Part shown: positions 25,676-39,008 of the stretch, one piece after another
Layout of the letters: every line of letters begins with the position of its first letter
Position numbering within the stretch: the stretch's first letter is position 1
Assembly: GCA_051942245.1 (NCBI GenBank)
Contig: JAVECL010000037.1
Span: 1 to 64,000 of the forward strand
DNA length: 64,000 bases
DNA from: Trypethelium eluteriae
Taxonomy: Eukaryota
Reading direction: 5' to 3'
Translations under genes and position numbers: made by a program
Notes under the pieces: model-generated
The model's input: only the letters and a program-made list of their open reading frames with translations
What the model was told of the DNA's origin: nothing
Database searches by the model: none

Positions 25676-25687
25676 GGACCCGAGTCA
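25676..25687 (-). promoter_or_regulatory. Cluster promoter motif variant TGACTCGGGTCC upstream of PKS
   Basis: One mismatch from AACTCGGGTC, about 340 bp upstream of the PKS ATG. Confidence 0.55.
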
Positions 25688-26022
25688 AGCTGCATGCGTA
25701 TAGGACTCAGCCTGCAGCTGGACTTGGGGGCCGCCATCCCGTAGCGGTCAATTGGATGTCTGATGTAGCAAGTCAGTATGCTATCTTACCTTCGCCCACT
25801 GATGTACTCGCGTACCGATGACCGTTGATCAACGTCGAGAATAATATTCTCATGCACGCTTGCGAATCTGAATAGCGTCCTTTTTCAGAACAATGCCCTG
25901 TGATTCAAATAGCATGGATATCTTGTAGGCCAACACCCGAATTCAACTTTTTGTCCCACGCAACACTCTTGCTGTCCCTTCCTCTTAACAAGACCTCCTT
26001 TTAACAAGGAGGGATCTCCAAC

Positions 26023-29000
26023 ATGACTACGACATTCGGCTTCGAGACGGCTAGGGCCCTCCCACATGACGTTCCGCCTAATGCCATAGCAGTCGTCGGT
26101 ATGGCATGCAAATTTCCTGGAGCCGACTCCGTGGAAGAATACTGGCGCCTCTTAGACGCAGGAAAATCAATGCTGAGCAAGCCACCCAGCGGACGATTCC
26201 CGACCCATGAACACCCACGAAACACGGAGAGGACGGTGTATTTCGGTAACTATCTCGATGAGCTTGAAAGCTTCGACAACCGCTTCTTCAAGAAGTCCGC
26301 CCGCGAGGCGGCTTCAATGGACCCCCAACAACGACTTCTGCTCGAGGTTTCATATCAAGCCTTGGAATCTTCTGGTTTCTTCGGCCCCCGTGAACCAGAT
26401 CTTGACGTGGGTTGCTTCATTGGAGTGTGCGCGTCCGACTATAACGACAACGTAGCCAGTCATCCATCAAATGCCTTCTCAGCATTAGGAACTTTGAGAG
26501 CCTTCGTCCCAGGCAGAGTCAGCCACTTCTTTGGACTATGTGGGCCTTCGGTCGCTCTAGATACGGCCTGTTCGTCGTCTGCAGTGGCCATTGATGCTGC
26601 TTGTAAGGCGATCCTTTATGGCGACTGCAAGAGTGCCATTGCCGGTGGAGTTTCAGTCTTTACGAGTCCGTTTTTCTACCAAAACCTAGCCGCTGCGTCT
26701 TTCCTTAGTCCGACGGGCGCGAGTAAGTCATTTGATGCTGGCGCTGATGGTTACTGCCGAGGCGAAGGCGTTGGTCTCGTTGTTTTGAAACGACTTTCGC
26801 AGGCCGTCGTAGATGGTGATACCGTCCTGGGCACAATTCTCGCCACTTCAGTCAGACAAAGCAGTAATAAGGTACCTATTACAGTGCCATATTCCGCATC
26901 TCAGACCGGCTTGTACCGCAAGCTTCTGAGTACAGCTGGCATCGCTGCTGAGGATGTCAGTTACGTTGAAGCTCACGGAACCGGCACGCCTGTTGGGGAC
27001 CCCCTCGAATACGAAGCTATCAAGGAGGTATTTGGCGGCAAGTCAAGACGGGAGCCTCTTCATCTAGCCTCCGTCAAAGGGAACATCGGACACACTGAAG
27101 GTGCTTCTGGAGTTGCTGGTCTGATCAAGACCATTTTGATGATGCAGAACCGCACCATCCCGAGACAAGCTAATTATGTATCGGCGCATCCCAAGATTAG
27201 CCTCGTACCAGGGCAGATCTCCATCCCCACAGAGAACCTTCAGTGGAATGCTAAATCCCTCATCGCGTGCGTCAATAACTATGGAGCCGCGGGTAGTATC
27301 GCTGCAATGGTTGTCAAGGAAGCGAGGCAAGGGCAGAGTCTGCAGGCTACACAGACCCGCGGCCTGAGCAAATACCCCTTGATTGTCACTGCGAACAGTA
27401 CCAAAAGTCTCGGCCAGAACTGCGCCAAATTGAGGGACTTTGTGTCCTCGTTCCAGGGTGGTGCCGCTTCTCGTGCGAGTCTGCTGGCGGATCTGACTTT
27501 CAATTTGAGCGAGAAGCAAAATCGATCGTTACCCAACATATTCACAACAACAGTCTCCAGCTTGTCGGATTTGGATGACCAGCTTCGTACTGTGGCGTCG
27601 AATCCCGGTTTGCCACTCTGCCAAACGAATCCCAAGCCGAATCCAATCGTTTTGGTCTTTGGTGGTCAAACAACTCGATCTGTGGGCCTCAACAAGCAGG
27701 TGTACGAGACTTCAGCACTTCTCCGCAAGTACCTTGATGAGTGTGACGCGGTGCTCAAGGGCTTTGGATATCGGGGTATCTATCCTTACATATTTGAGAC
27801 GAAGCCCGCCGACGACGTTGTCTCGAACCAGACAATGCAATTTGCGCTACAATACGCTTGCGCTCAAGCGTGGATCGCCTGCGGTCTGAAGGTCGACGCT
27901 GTCCTGGGTCATTCTTTTGGTCAGCTCGTTGCCCTAACGGTGGCTGGCGTGCTCCCCCTGGTAGACGGTCTTAAGCTAGTGTACGGACGAGCTATTCTGA
28001 TGCGCGATCGATGGGGCTTTGAAAGAGGTTCCATGATTGCCCTTGAAGCTGGTCGTGACGAGGCAATGGGACTTGTCGCGTCAGTACAGCAGACAAACGG
28101 CTCTTCAGACTCTGGACTTGAGGTGGCATGTTTCAACGGACCGAAAAGTCACGTGCTCGTCGGAACTTCCGCCGAAATTAACGAGGCGTCCAAGAAAACA
28201 ACAAGGGCAAAGGCGAAGATCTTGGACGTGACCCACGGCTTCCACTCAAGGTTCTGCGATCCCATACTCTCCGAGTTGGAGAGGCTGGCCCAGGGTTTGA
28301 CATTCAACAAGCCTAAGATACATGTCGAGACCTGTTCCATCGGGGAGACGTGGCCTTCTGTCACACCAAAGCTGATAACGGACCACACTCGCGCACCAGT
28401 CTACTTTGAAGACGCAGTCAAGCGTATCGCGACCCGATATGGCGCGTGTACCTGGTTAGAAGCCGGCTCTCATTCGTCCGTCACTGGCATCGCTCGTCGG
28501 GCTCTATCCGATCAGAATGGCCAAACCGTCAACGATCTATTCTGTCCCGTTAACTTGAATCGAGATGATTCTCTGGGCGCCTTGGCAGATACGACCGTCA
28601 ATCTCTGGAAGCATGGTCACCACGTTCAGTTCTGGCCATTTCATCACATCCACAACCAAGATTACCTATCTCTGAATCTGCCTCCATATCAGTTCGAGAA
28701 GTCACGGCACTGGCTCGAGTTTGACCTTGGCACAGAGGAGGCATCTAAGTCAAACACTGCACCGTCTAAGACGCCTGAGCCGTCAGCCGTTGAACCGGAG
28801 CCGGAGCCAGTACTCATTACCTTTTCTGGCTTCCAAGACGCTGTTGATGGAGGTCACGATGGCGCAAGACAGGCTGTTTTCACGATTGACCCACGTTCGG
28901 AGGAGTGGAAAGCGCTCGTCGCCGGTCATTCCGTGCTACACGAGTCTCTATGTCCGGCGCCATTGTACATCGAGCTGGTTTTACGAGCTGCTAATCAGCT

Positions 29001-32000
29001 TGCCTCCATCAAGAACATTTCCTGCGCCCCATTTGCTCGTGTGGATGACCTAGAAATCCCTTCACCGCTGGGTATGAGTCAGGATAAAATCGTCCAGCTT
29101 GTCCTCAGCCCATCCGACCAAACTGGTTGCAAGTTCAATTTCTCTTTTCTTGCGCAGGCACGTCAAACGGGTCCTGGGCGACAGGGCACATTCCAAGCAT
29201 CCCAGCCTACGACTAAACATGCTATTGGAAGGGTTGAGATAATTCCAGCCCATGACACTGCTGTTACTGCTGAGCTCGAACGGACCAGGAAACTCCTTCG
29301 CCACATGCAGCAGAACCAGAGCCAGGACCGGAATCAGAAATTTGCCGATATGGCGGCGCAGCCTGGTGGCGAGGCTGTCCTAGGTTCGCTCGTGTACAAG
29401 GTCTTCTCCAGAGTTGTACAATACCACGACTTCTACAAAGGTGTTCGTAGAGTCGCCAGCACCAGTGACGGTGCAGTTTCGGCAGAGGTCTACCTACCCG
29501 AATCACAGCCGAGCTGCACCCAGGAGCTTATCTCCACTCCAGTGGCCATTGACAACTTCTTCCAGGTTCCTGGACTGTTTGCGAATTGTCTGGCACCGTG
29601 CCCATCAGACGAGGTCTTTGTCTCTACGCACGTCGATCGCATCCAGTTGTCACCCGAATTCGGCAAGCTGCAGGCCGAAGGGAAAGCCCGCACCTGGGAC
29701 GTTTTTGCGATGTCTACAGCATTAGGCGACAAGGAAAGCAGCAATGACATTTTCGTCACTGATCAGATCACTGGCCAGCTAGTTTTCGTCGCATTCGGTG
29801 CCAAGTTCAGCAGAGTACGGACTGCAGCACTTGCAAAGATTCTATCTCGGGCGAATCCCGGTGATGCATCTACGACTACGTCTTCTACGTCTGCTCCACG
29901 AGGTCGTACGGAGAATAAACCGGTTGTCTCAGCAGCACCTCCAGGAAAGCAATCGGCAGCCATCTCGGGCCAATTGCTTCATCCTCGTCAGTCCGAGCAG
30001 CAACAGCAGCAGCAGCCGTCGCAGAGGCCCCCATCTCCAAATAAAGCAGCTTTCGTTGAGAAGACCATGCCATTGGTACCCTCTGTCACCGAAACGGCGC
30101 CTCAGGTCGTTAGCGTGGAAGATGACTTACGCGAAATGCTCAGCAAGCTGACAGACGTCCCGGCGAATCAATTCCAGAGCCATGTCTCGCTTGAAGACCT
30201 TGGCATCGATTCTCTTCTTGCTACAGAGATAGTGTCAGAGGTTCGTGACTTATTCCATATATCGATAGCACTGGATCGTCTCCTGGAACTCCAAACCTTT
30301 GGATCTCTCTGTAAATATCTAGATGCCCATAAGAGCCAGCAGGTCCCTCTGAAAGAGTTCACCGTTCCTGAACCTCATGCAATCCCCGTCGTAGTTCCTG
30401 TTCCACCTACACTGCTCAGCCACGAAACCACAAACCAGCATGTCAATCCTGGCCATGAACTCGAACAGATCCCACAAATAGCCGGAATTCCAACGACCGA
30501 AGAAAACGACCAACATCAGGATTTAGTGTCGCAATTGGCGAGCCTATTAGGCAGCCATCTCGAGTGTCCAGCGAGTGACTTTGAGCGTTCAACGAATCTC
30601 GCAGATCGCGGTCTCGATTCTCTTCTCTGCATGGAACTTATGAACGACATGAAGACGATGTTTGGCGTCTCGATTGACCTGTCTGTTCTCGTAGGCGACA
30701 GCACCTTCGGCGACCTTTCCGACCTACTTGTCAGTGCGAATACGCCTCTTGGGCATACGGGCACGGCAAATTCAAGCACACCGGCCTCGACGCAAGCCAG
30801 GTCATCTGGTCGCACGACACCAGTGACGATTCCCGATCTTGGCACCAACGAGCCTGATGACTTGAAAATGACCACAAAAGCGCCGTCTCCAACAGGCAAT
30901 GTCCTAGCTAGCGCAGCTCGCGAATTTGAGGGCATCAAGGGTGATTTCGACAAATTCGCAGCCGAATACAAATTCAGTGACTTCTACAGCAAAGTATACG
31001 ACAAGCAGGCACACTTAGTCCTGGCCTACACGGTGGAGGCCTTCTCGGACCTTGGTGTCGACCTGAAGTCATTGAGATCTGGTGATCCGATCCCTAGAAT
31101 CAACGTGGTGCCAAAACATGATCGCCTACTTAATGTCTTGTACGAAGTCCTCCGTCATGGTAAATTGGCCGATTATGACGGTAGAGGATACGTTCGGTCA
31201 GATGCACCTATCGACATAATGCACTCCAGCGTCCTTTACAAGGACATCGTGGCACAGTTTCCCCAGCATGCCAAGGAGCACATGCTTTTGAACCTCTGCG
31301 GACCTGAAATGTCCAATTTCTTGAGCGGCAAGACGGATCCCCTCTCCGTCCTGTTCGGTACGAAGACGAACCGGAGCATTCTCGAGGACGTGTACAGCAC
31401 CGCTCCCATGTTTGTCATTGAGTCGCAGCTTCTCACTTCATTTCTTGAGAAGGCGCTGAGTACTTCGGTGCCCGGGCCTGACGGCAAATTCCACATTGTC
31501 GAGTTAGGAGCAGGCACAGGCGCAACGACGCAATGGGTTGTCGACCGTCTTGTCCAGCGCGGGATACCGATCGAGTACACTTTCACTGACATCTCGTCTT
31601 CACTGCTCATAACGGGCAAGCGCAAGTTCTCCAAATTCGACTGTATGAAGTACACTACCATCGATATTGAGAAGGAGCCAGAAGCCCAATATCAGGGACA
31701 ATTCGATATCGTACTCGCGACCAATTGCATTCACGCGACCAGCAACCTCCAGAACTCCTTGACCAACATTAACAAGCTCTTGCGGCCTCACGGCTTCGTA
31801 TCGCTGGTTGAGTTGACAACGAGGAATTACTGGTTGGACATGGTCTTCGGCCTCCTCGATGGCTGGTGGCTGTACGACGACATGCGACCATATGTGCTTG
31901 CGACTCCCGAGTTCTGGAACAAGTCGATGCGACAGACTGGATTCCAACACGTTTCGTGGACGGGTGGACACACGCGTGAGTCTGAGGTCTGCAGGGTCAT

Positions 32001-33173
32001 CACTGGTTTCAAAAGGCCAGTCGAGGACCCTTCCTCGTATCAAAGCATACCTCAAGAAAAAGTTGGCGATGTTGAGACGGTCGTCTTTGCGCACACCGAC
32101 AAGAAGCTCCCGCTACGAGCTGACGTCTACTACCCTTCGCCGTCGCAGACATCCGCTCACGGGACGTGGGTCGCCGGTACGGTATAAAGTCTGATTACCC
32201 ACCTACATGCTGGAGCTGACGCCGCTCTGGTACAGGCTTGTTGGTCCATGGAGGCGGCCATGTGATGCTGTCCCGAAAAGATTTACGGCCGCGCCAAATC
32301 CAGCTACTCCTCGACAACGGCGTTCTGCCCGTGGCTGTAGACTACAGGCTGTGTCCAGAGACCACAATCCTGGACGGACCACTCGTTGACGTCAGTAACG
32401 CATATGCCTGGGTACGAAAGACGCTCCCGTCCTTGAAGCTAACACAGACTAATGCCAATAAACTGCTCGATCCATCTCGAACGGTGGTCATTGGCTGGTC
32501 GACCGGGGGCACGTTGGCCATGTCGTTAGCCTGGACCTCTATACCACGGGGGCTCCCAGCTCCCGACGCCATTCTGGCCTTCTACTGCCCGACTGACTAC
32601 GAGGATGATTTTTGGCGCAAGCCCAACATCCCCGACCACTCTGACACGTTCGGAAACGAAACCTATAACGTCATCGACGGAGTTTTCCCCGCGCCCATCA
32701 CCTCTTACAATGTACCCTCCAAGATGGCGTCTGCTGGCTGGATTGCGCCGAAAGATCTTCGCAGTCGGGTGGTGCTCCACATGAACTGGCACGGGCAGAC
32801 GCTGCCTGTGCTCTTCAGGGGCCTGCCATCAGCTCAGAACGTGGCATCGCAAGATGCGGTGAGCTTCAATCATTTGGAACAGCCGCCAAGGGAGGACATC
32901 ATACGTGCCAGTCCTTACGCACAGATAGTCCAGGGCAACTACAAGTCTCCGACACACATCGTGTTCGGCACCAAGGATGATTTGATCCCATGGCAGCAGG
33001 GCCAGCGGACGGTGGAGGCGATGAAAGACGCAGGCATCGAGTCTGGATTTACGCTCGCGCCGGATCAGATTCACCTATTTGATATGTATCGTGATCCTGA
33101 TGGAAGGCGCTGGCGTTATGTCATAGAGGGGTATAAGTTTCTGCTTCAGAGGATAGGAAAAGAAATTGTATAG
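26023..33173 (+). CDS. Non-reducing polyketide synthase KS-AT-PT-ACP-ACP-cMT-esterase (methylorsellinate-type), no SAT domain seen
   Basis: KS DTACSSS, EAHGTGT, GHTEGASG; AT GHSFG; PT-like region; two ACPs (LGIDSL, RGLDSL); MT VELGAGTG. Intron 32177-32235 joins an HSL-type hydrolase (HGGG, GWSTGG). Confidence 0.95.
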
Positions 33174-33885
33174 TGTGCAATACACATACTTTAGGCACGA
33201 TAAAGTTTCATAGATCATTTCAATAACTCATATAGAAATAGTCCTACGACAAGTGTCAGTGCAAACGAACAACAGATTCCAGCGTTTAATTTACGCTCAG
33301 CCTTTCTTCTCAGATTGTCTTAAGCCCAAGCTTGATCGCAATTCCATCAGCTATCTGGCTGCATTCGAGCCACTTGAAATTATTCGTCACGACACTGCTT
33401 CCCCTTGTGCATTGCAAGAATACGTGGCAATTCTACTTTGCCGCAAGCTTCGATGAGAGAGCTGTGCCGCCGATTGTCTGAACATCGCGATCCTCCTCGA
33501 CACGTCGCATCCTCTCACTGCCCCGCTTGCTCCGAGTGCTGCCCCAAAATCGCGATCTGAGGTAGGCAACAACTTGTGCCGCCGCACAGGGCGTGCTGTG
33601 CCGCACACGCAATCAGTCAGTAGCTGAGACTCAATACTTATATGCAGTTGGCGGCCATGATACGTTGCCAAAACCATCGTGTACGTCCATTAGGCGTCAA
33701 TCTCTGATCCAATTATGGTGTCATCTGCCTTTTCCCTTGGCTTGAAGGTTGCACTTTGCTTCTTGGCTATTGATGTTAACTTTTTCACAATCAGGTAGGT
33801 AGAGGTAGATCTGCAGCTCACTAAAACATTCTACTCACTCATCCAAAGCGTTTGGTGTCAGGAATTGGAAGACAAACAAATACCA

Positions 33886-35484
33886 ATGGCTCTTCCAAAC
33901 CGGCCTAAACCAGACAGCCAACGACCACCTATATTCGTCCTTGACGTGAAGCCGGAGTCCATCCTACGAAATCCAGATGAAGATCTTGTGGACCTTCAAA
34001 TCGCCCGATGTGCCTTGCAAATTGCACTTCTGGGCGAGACCGATGTCGCACGTGAGCTCGATTCCATTTTCTGGATGTCTGCTCTAGTGAATCCAACTAT
34101 TCGCAACCTCAACTTGAAGTTTGCCTGGGTCGAGACGGGGAAATGGCCTGAAGGCATTCCCGACGACAAAATATTGGAGACTTCGCTGGCAGAATTGGAC
34201 AAGACCGACGGATTTCTCTGGCAGCACAATGCAGATCCGCAACACAGAATGCCTGCGTTTGACGAGGAAAGCATGAGGAAGCTGTTAACCAGAGACGACA
34301 TGTCATTTGGCTTATTCCAAACCGGCGGATTCATGGACAATTTAGAAAAGCTCGTCCGAGCCCTCGTAATTTCGCAAAGTTTGCATCCTACTTCTGGTGT
34401 GCGCAATCCCGAGCGGCATCCTGAACAGGCAATCGAACATGAGAAATGGCCTTCCGGAGAGACCAAGGACAAGCTGCGTGATCGGATCCGACTTTCGGAC
34501 CTGCACGAGCAAAGCGCGAGTATAGTGAGAAATCTCGTTGCACACTGGAACCATCGGGACCATCGGCTTATGGACTACTTTGCCCACGCAGGCATGCTCT
34601 GGCCACTTTATGTGCGCGGCCTCCTTGCCGACGCCCTCAACATCGACCAAACTGAGCTCAAAGCGAAAGGCGAAATCCTGATACGCGTCTTTAAAGAGCG
34701 CATGCGGCATCCCGGCGGAACTTCGTCATTGTCCTCGTTGTCAATAAGGGAGCTTGTCGAGCTTGCGGATAAAAATACTCTCCATGGAGCAGGGAAGGAA
34801 GATTGGATGGAAGTCCACTTTGATGACGATGCGCCCCCTGAGACACTGATGAGGGGTCCTGCTTCTCAGGAAGACATTTCCAAGCTGGAGGCACGTCTGA
34901 ATGCCACTCTACCGGATGACCTCAAAGAATTCTTGCTGATCACTAATGGTTACGGCCAATATATTAGCGAGGTAGTAGGCTGGGAGAAGAGCCACGATAT
35001 GTTCGGATTTTTCAACGGTTACTACAATGATCCAGGTTTATATCGAATTGACGACATACAATGGGAGGAGGACGAAGTGTTCCAGAAACCTCTAGAGATG
35101 CTCGAGCTCCCTATGAAGTTCGGAGAGGGCTTGGTACCGAAACGCATGCACCCGGGACCTTATGCCTGGGACAGTCCGTTCCCGCTCTGCAAGCGAAGAC
35201 TCAAGCTCGGTAGCTGGGATGTCGACTATTTGTTCCTTGTGGAACCGAGCGTCGTGAAAGAGGCACAAGAGGTGTACTTGAGGATGTACGAAGCAGCGAG
35301 TAGCGAGCAAAGGCGTGTACTCGATCGAGCGATTGTGGCATTCGCTGGCAGCATGGAAGACTTCATGAAGGTTGATTGGTTGCTGCTTAGGTGGAGAAAA
35401 GGTTTCGATGACTCGCACAGCGGCGTCAAGAAGTACATTGAATACGTTGCACTGAAATCGCAAGAGGATCCAGGGCCTATGTAG
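33886..35484 (+). CDS. SMI1/KNR4 (SUKH) domain protein
   Basis: Intronless ORF containing GPASQEDISKLEARLNATLPDDLKEFLLITNG, the characteristic N-terminal motif of SMI1/KNR4 domains. Confidence 0.75.
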   Translation: MALPNRPKPDSQRPPIFVLDVKPESILRNPDEDLVDLQIARCALQIALLGETDVARELDSIFWMSALVNPTIRNLNLKFAWVETGKWPEGIPDDKILETSLAELDKTDGFLWQHNADPQHRMPAFDEESMRKLLTRDDMSFGLFQTGGFMDNLEKLVRALVISQSLHPTSGVRNPERHPEQAIEHEKWPSGETKDKLRDRIRLSDLHEQSASIVRNLVAHWNHRDHRLMDYFAHAGMLWPLYVRGLLADALNIDQTELKAKGEILIRVFKERMRHPGGTSSLSSLSIRELVELADKNTLHGAGKEDWMEVHFDDDAPPETLMRGPASQEDISKLEARLNATLPDDLKEFLLITNGYGQYISEVVGWEKSHDMFGFFNGYYNDPGLYRIDDIQWEEDEVFQKPLEMLELPMKFGEGLVPKRMHPGPYAWDSPFPLCKRRLKLGSWDVDYLFLVEPSVVKEAQEVYLRMYEAASSEQRRVLDRAIVAFAGSMEDFMKVDWLLLRWRKGFDDSHSGVKKYIEYVALKSQEDPGPM

Positions 35485-35682
35485 TAAAGCATAGTTCGCT
35501 GATGTTTTCGCTATACATCCTCTCCTGGGATCCATGTATCACCTTCTCTATCAGTATCTTCTAGATGCCTTAAAAGCTCAGCATTGCCACTGCCATTTAG
35601 CATTTCCTAGGCAATGCTTGGTTGTTATTTCCTCACGAGATATTCAAATAGACTTCGACGGGGACCGGCGTTACTTATACGA

Positions 35683-35872
35683 AACTCAGGCAGACTCAGG
35701 TCAACTTAGGTATAACTCAGGCTCAGGTTTGCTTACTAACTGCTCATGCCTGAAATTAGAGAAGGAAATGGGTGAGCCTGGTCAATTTCTATGGACTTAC
35801 CTGTTGGTGAAGCCATATGTTGGTTGGACCCGAGTTGCTTATTGCTTGCGTCGCGGTCATTGGACCCGAGTT
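35683..35872. promoter_or_regulatory. Motif cluster upstream of P450: ~10-bp-spaced ACTCAGG repeats and two TTGGACCCGAGTTG copies
   Basis: actcagg/acttagg/ctcagg five times at 35684-35727; GACCCGAGTT at 35827-35836 and 35863-35872. Confidence 0.65.
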
Positions 35873-36045
35873 GTCCAATCCAAGGGACTCAAAATCGAGT
35901 GCACAACATGAAGTCGCGACATCATTTTCCCTCGAGAACTTAGAAGTGTGGCCATATCTGAGAACTGACGTAGTAATTTATACCCAAGACCAACTGCTGG
36001 AGACATGAATTGATTCGCAGAGTTCACTCGCACGTAATCTCCACC

Positions 36046-38087
36046 ATGGATCTGGAATACCTTTCCAGGCATATCGATGCCAGGGTCTGCAACCTAGCCG
36101 GTATTCTAGCTGCTGCCGCCATATTCGTAGCCGTCTGCAACACTCTGTACTCCTATCTGCGCTTGAGACATATTCCGGGCCCACGTTCAGCAGCTCTCAG
36201 CAACCTGGTGCGTCGATCGTGGGTCAAGACTGGTGACGCCCATCACATACACACCAATTTACATCGTCAATATGGTCCGGTTGTGCGATACGGGCCCAAT
36301 GCAATCATGGTCTCCGACCCTGGTGCCATCGAGAAGATCTATGGATTCAAGAATCGATTTGAGAAAGTATGTCATAATCTCCTTCCGTCTTCGTGGCTAC
36401 CTGCATGTCTAAAGTCACATAGTCTGAGTTTTATGACTCCATCATGCCTAGGATCAAGGGCGGCAAGATTCCAGACGTATTTGCCACTCGTGACGAGAAC
36501 GTACATCGGCAAATGAGACGTCCTGTGGCTAATTTATACTCGGCTACAAATCTGACCAGATTCGAACCGCTTATGACGTCCACTTTACAGTATTTTTTTT
36601 CCCGCTTAGATGAACTATATACTGACGAGAAAGTCGAGTTGGATCTCTTCAAATGGATCCAACTCTTCATGTTCGATGTCCTTGGCGAGGTTACGTTTTC
36701 GCGCGCTCTGGGGTGCCTTGAAAAGGGGGACGATGTCGAAGGCGTCATTGAGGGCATCTGGCTTTACTTCAAGAAGATCTCAGCAGTGCGTACTTATCCC
36801 AGCTCAATCTTTCACGCGGCTTGAACCCTCTTGCTGATCATCTGTCCACGTCTCAGAATACCCAGATGCCTTGGCTGGATTATCTGTGGAGGGACAATCC
36901 CTTGGTCCCCGTTTCGACCAAGAGGAACCCGCTGGCCGAGTTTGGCATGGCTCGTATTATGGAGCGAATGAGTCTGACCGAGAACGAGAAGCTCAACATC
37001 GGCGAGAAAGACTTCCTCTCGTGTTTCATAAAGGAGCAGGCTAAGGACGATACTCTGCCTGATATGTAAGTAATTGCTCAAGCCTTGGCAAATATTGCGT
37101 ACACACCAACTAATACATAACGCACTTACAGGTTCGTTCCCACATGGGTAAGTCGTTTGAGGACCAGTTGAGAGAGTTCATTAAAGCGGCTTAGGGATGC
37201 GCTTTCTGCATGAAACTCTTGAGACGTGGTTCAAGGCGTATCCGCGTGTGAAAGATCAATGACTAACCCGACTCTTACAAGGTTAATTCCAACATTGTTG
37301 CGGGAGCAGACACGACCAGTATAGTTGCCAGCGCTTTGATGTATCATCTTCTCAAGAACCCCGCCTCTCTGTCAAAACTCAGAAAAGAGGTCGATGACGC
37401 CGCATGCGAGGGCCGCATCTCCAAATACGCAACCTGGAAAGAGTCTCGAACCCTGCCCTACCTAGAGGCCTGTGTGAACGAGGCCACTAGGATGAATCCA
37501 CCTTTCGCCCTCCCCTTTGAGCGTGTGGTACCCGAGACAGGAGTGGAAATCGACGGCTACTTTATTCCACCGGGCGCCAGGGTCGGAATGGTAAGTAAAC
37601 TCCTCTGCTTTTGGATCCTCGAATGCCAGTTCTTTGCTGACGCTTTATTAATTGTGCCAGAGCCCTTGGGTGGTGCATCGTGAGGCATCGCTGTACGGCG
37701 ACGATGCCGAGGTTTGGCGACCGGAGCGGTGGATGTGCAGCGAAGAGAAGAGAACGGCCATGTACAACGGACTTCTAACGGTAAGTCAAATCGCTACCAC
37801 GATGACCTTTCCGTTCCGTCAGCTCACTTTCCATTTCGCTCAGTTTGGCGCGGGTCACCGAAGCTGTCTTGGGAAGCAGCTTGCCTATTTTGAGATCTAT
37901 AAGCTCATTCCATCGCTGCTGCAGCGTTACGATGTAAGTGAACCTTGGGTTGCTTATTTTGTTGAGAATCTAAATTGATATTCCGTGTCAGATTGAACTT
38001 GTCAGTCCCGTTGGGGATTGGTCTATCGAGAATAGATGGCTTGCCAAGCCGTCCGGGTTCCGCGTAAAATTATCAAGTCGCCGCTAG
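36046..38087 (+). CDS. Cytochrome P450 monooxygenase
   Basis: N-terminal anchor, IPGP, AGADTT, EATR, PERW and FGAGHRSCLG. About seven introns, including a 16-nt micro-exon at 37132-37147. Confidence 0.93.
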
Positions 38088-38866
38088 AGTCATGTAAAAC
38101 TTTGTAAAATCTTACTGCACATATATGATAGCTTCGCGGACTGTAATCCAGCCTCGTAGAGCAGCTCTTGTGCATCATGGTTCAGGGAGGCTGCATCTCT
38201 TAGACCAGGGTGGGGCCCGTTCTGCCAGCATCCTGTTCATCTTGCCTCCCTGGATTAACCATGCGCTGCATGTGTCGTACTGCAAACCTGTCCCCCTTGA
38301 ATTATGTCTATACCGGGGGAGTGGCACTGAAGCCTCTACCGTTCCATGCGCCGTAATGGCGGGACGGGACTCGAGTTGCCATACTTGACTGTGCACTGTA
38401 GCTAGCTGACAGCTTGGAGTGGCGGATCGCGCGGCACGACCGACTGCTCAACACGCGAACACTTTCAGTGTCACCGAAGACAATCTTACACGACAGCGAA
38501 CGGTAGGTTGTGGTCTTCAATTGATTTGATACTTTTCAGTGCCCTCAAGTCATGAACGCTTGTACACATAAAACAAATTTTGATACCTTGGCTCGTGGCT
38601 TAGCGATCATTGCAACCGGAGCCAGTGCGTCGCCCTTACTCTATTTAGCAGTGGCTGAGAGCTGGCGTCAAATCCTCACCAGCTCCCTGTCAAGTAACTC
38701 AGTCACGCCCTGGCCCTCTAGTATACTAACACACATTGCATTCTTTTGACCATAGTTCTATGGATTTACTGGAGCCTATTCCGATGGATACACTCAGAAT
38801 GCCCATTGCATTATATAAAGCCCGCTGTCTTTGTGTGATTTATGGGTCGATGGTCGCTTATGAAAC

Positions 38867-38894
38867 CAACTCGGGGCCTCCTCAACTCGGGTCC
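38867..38894 (+). promoter_or_regulatory. Tandem cluster motif (CAACTCGGGGCC, CAACTCGGGTCC) upstream of DMATS
   Basis: Exact AACTCGGGTC at 38884-38893, about 115 bp upstream of the ATG. Confidence 0.6.
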
Positions 38895-39008
38895 GTTCAG
38901 CTTGTTCACAATTGTCTGGGTTTGGAATAAAAACGGTTTTGCAGTCGTCCGGAATCTTGTAACCAGTCACTGGTTTGTTAAGCCGTCACCCTTCCATTCC
39001 AATCCATC

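Noticed and set aside
29995..30015. CAG/CAA run (poly-Gln) in the PKS
   Set aside because: Ordinary low-complexity interdomain linker.
32238..33173. Stand-alone esterase gene
   Set aside because: A GT-AG intron at 32177-32235 joins it in frame to the PKS.
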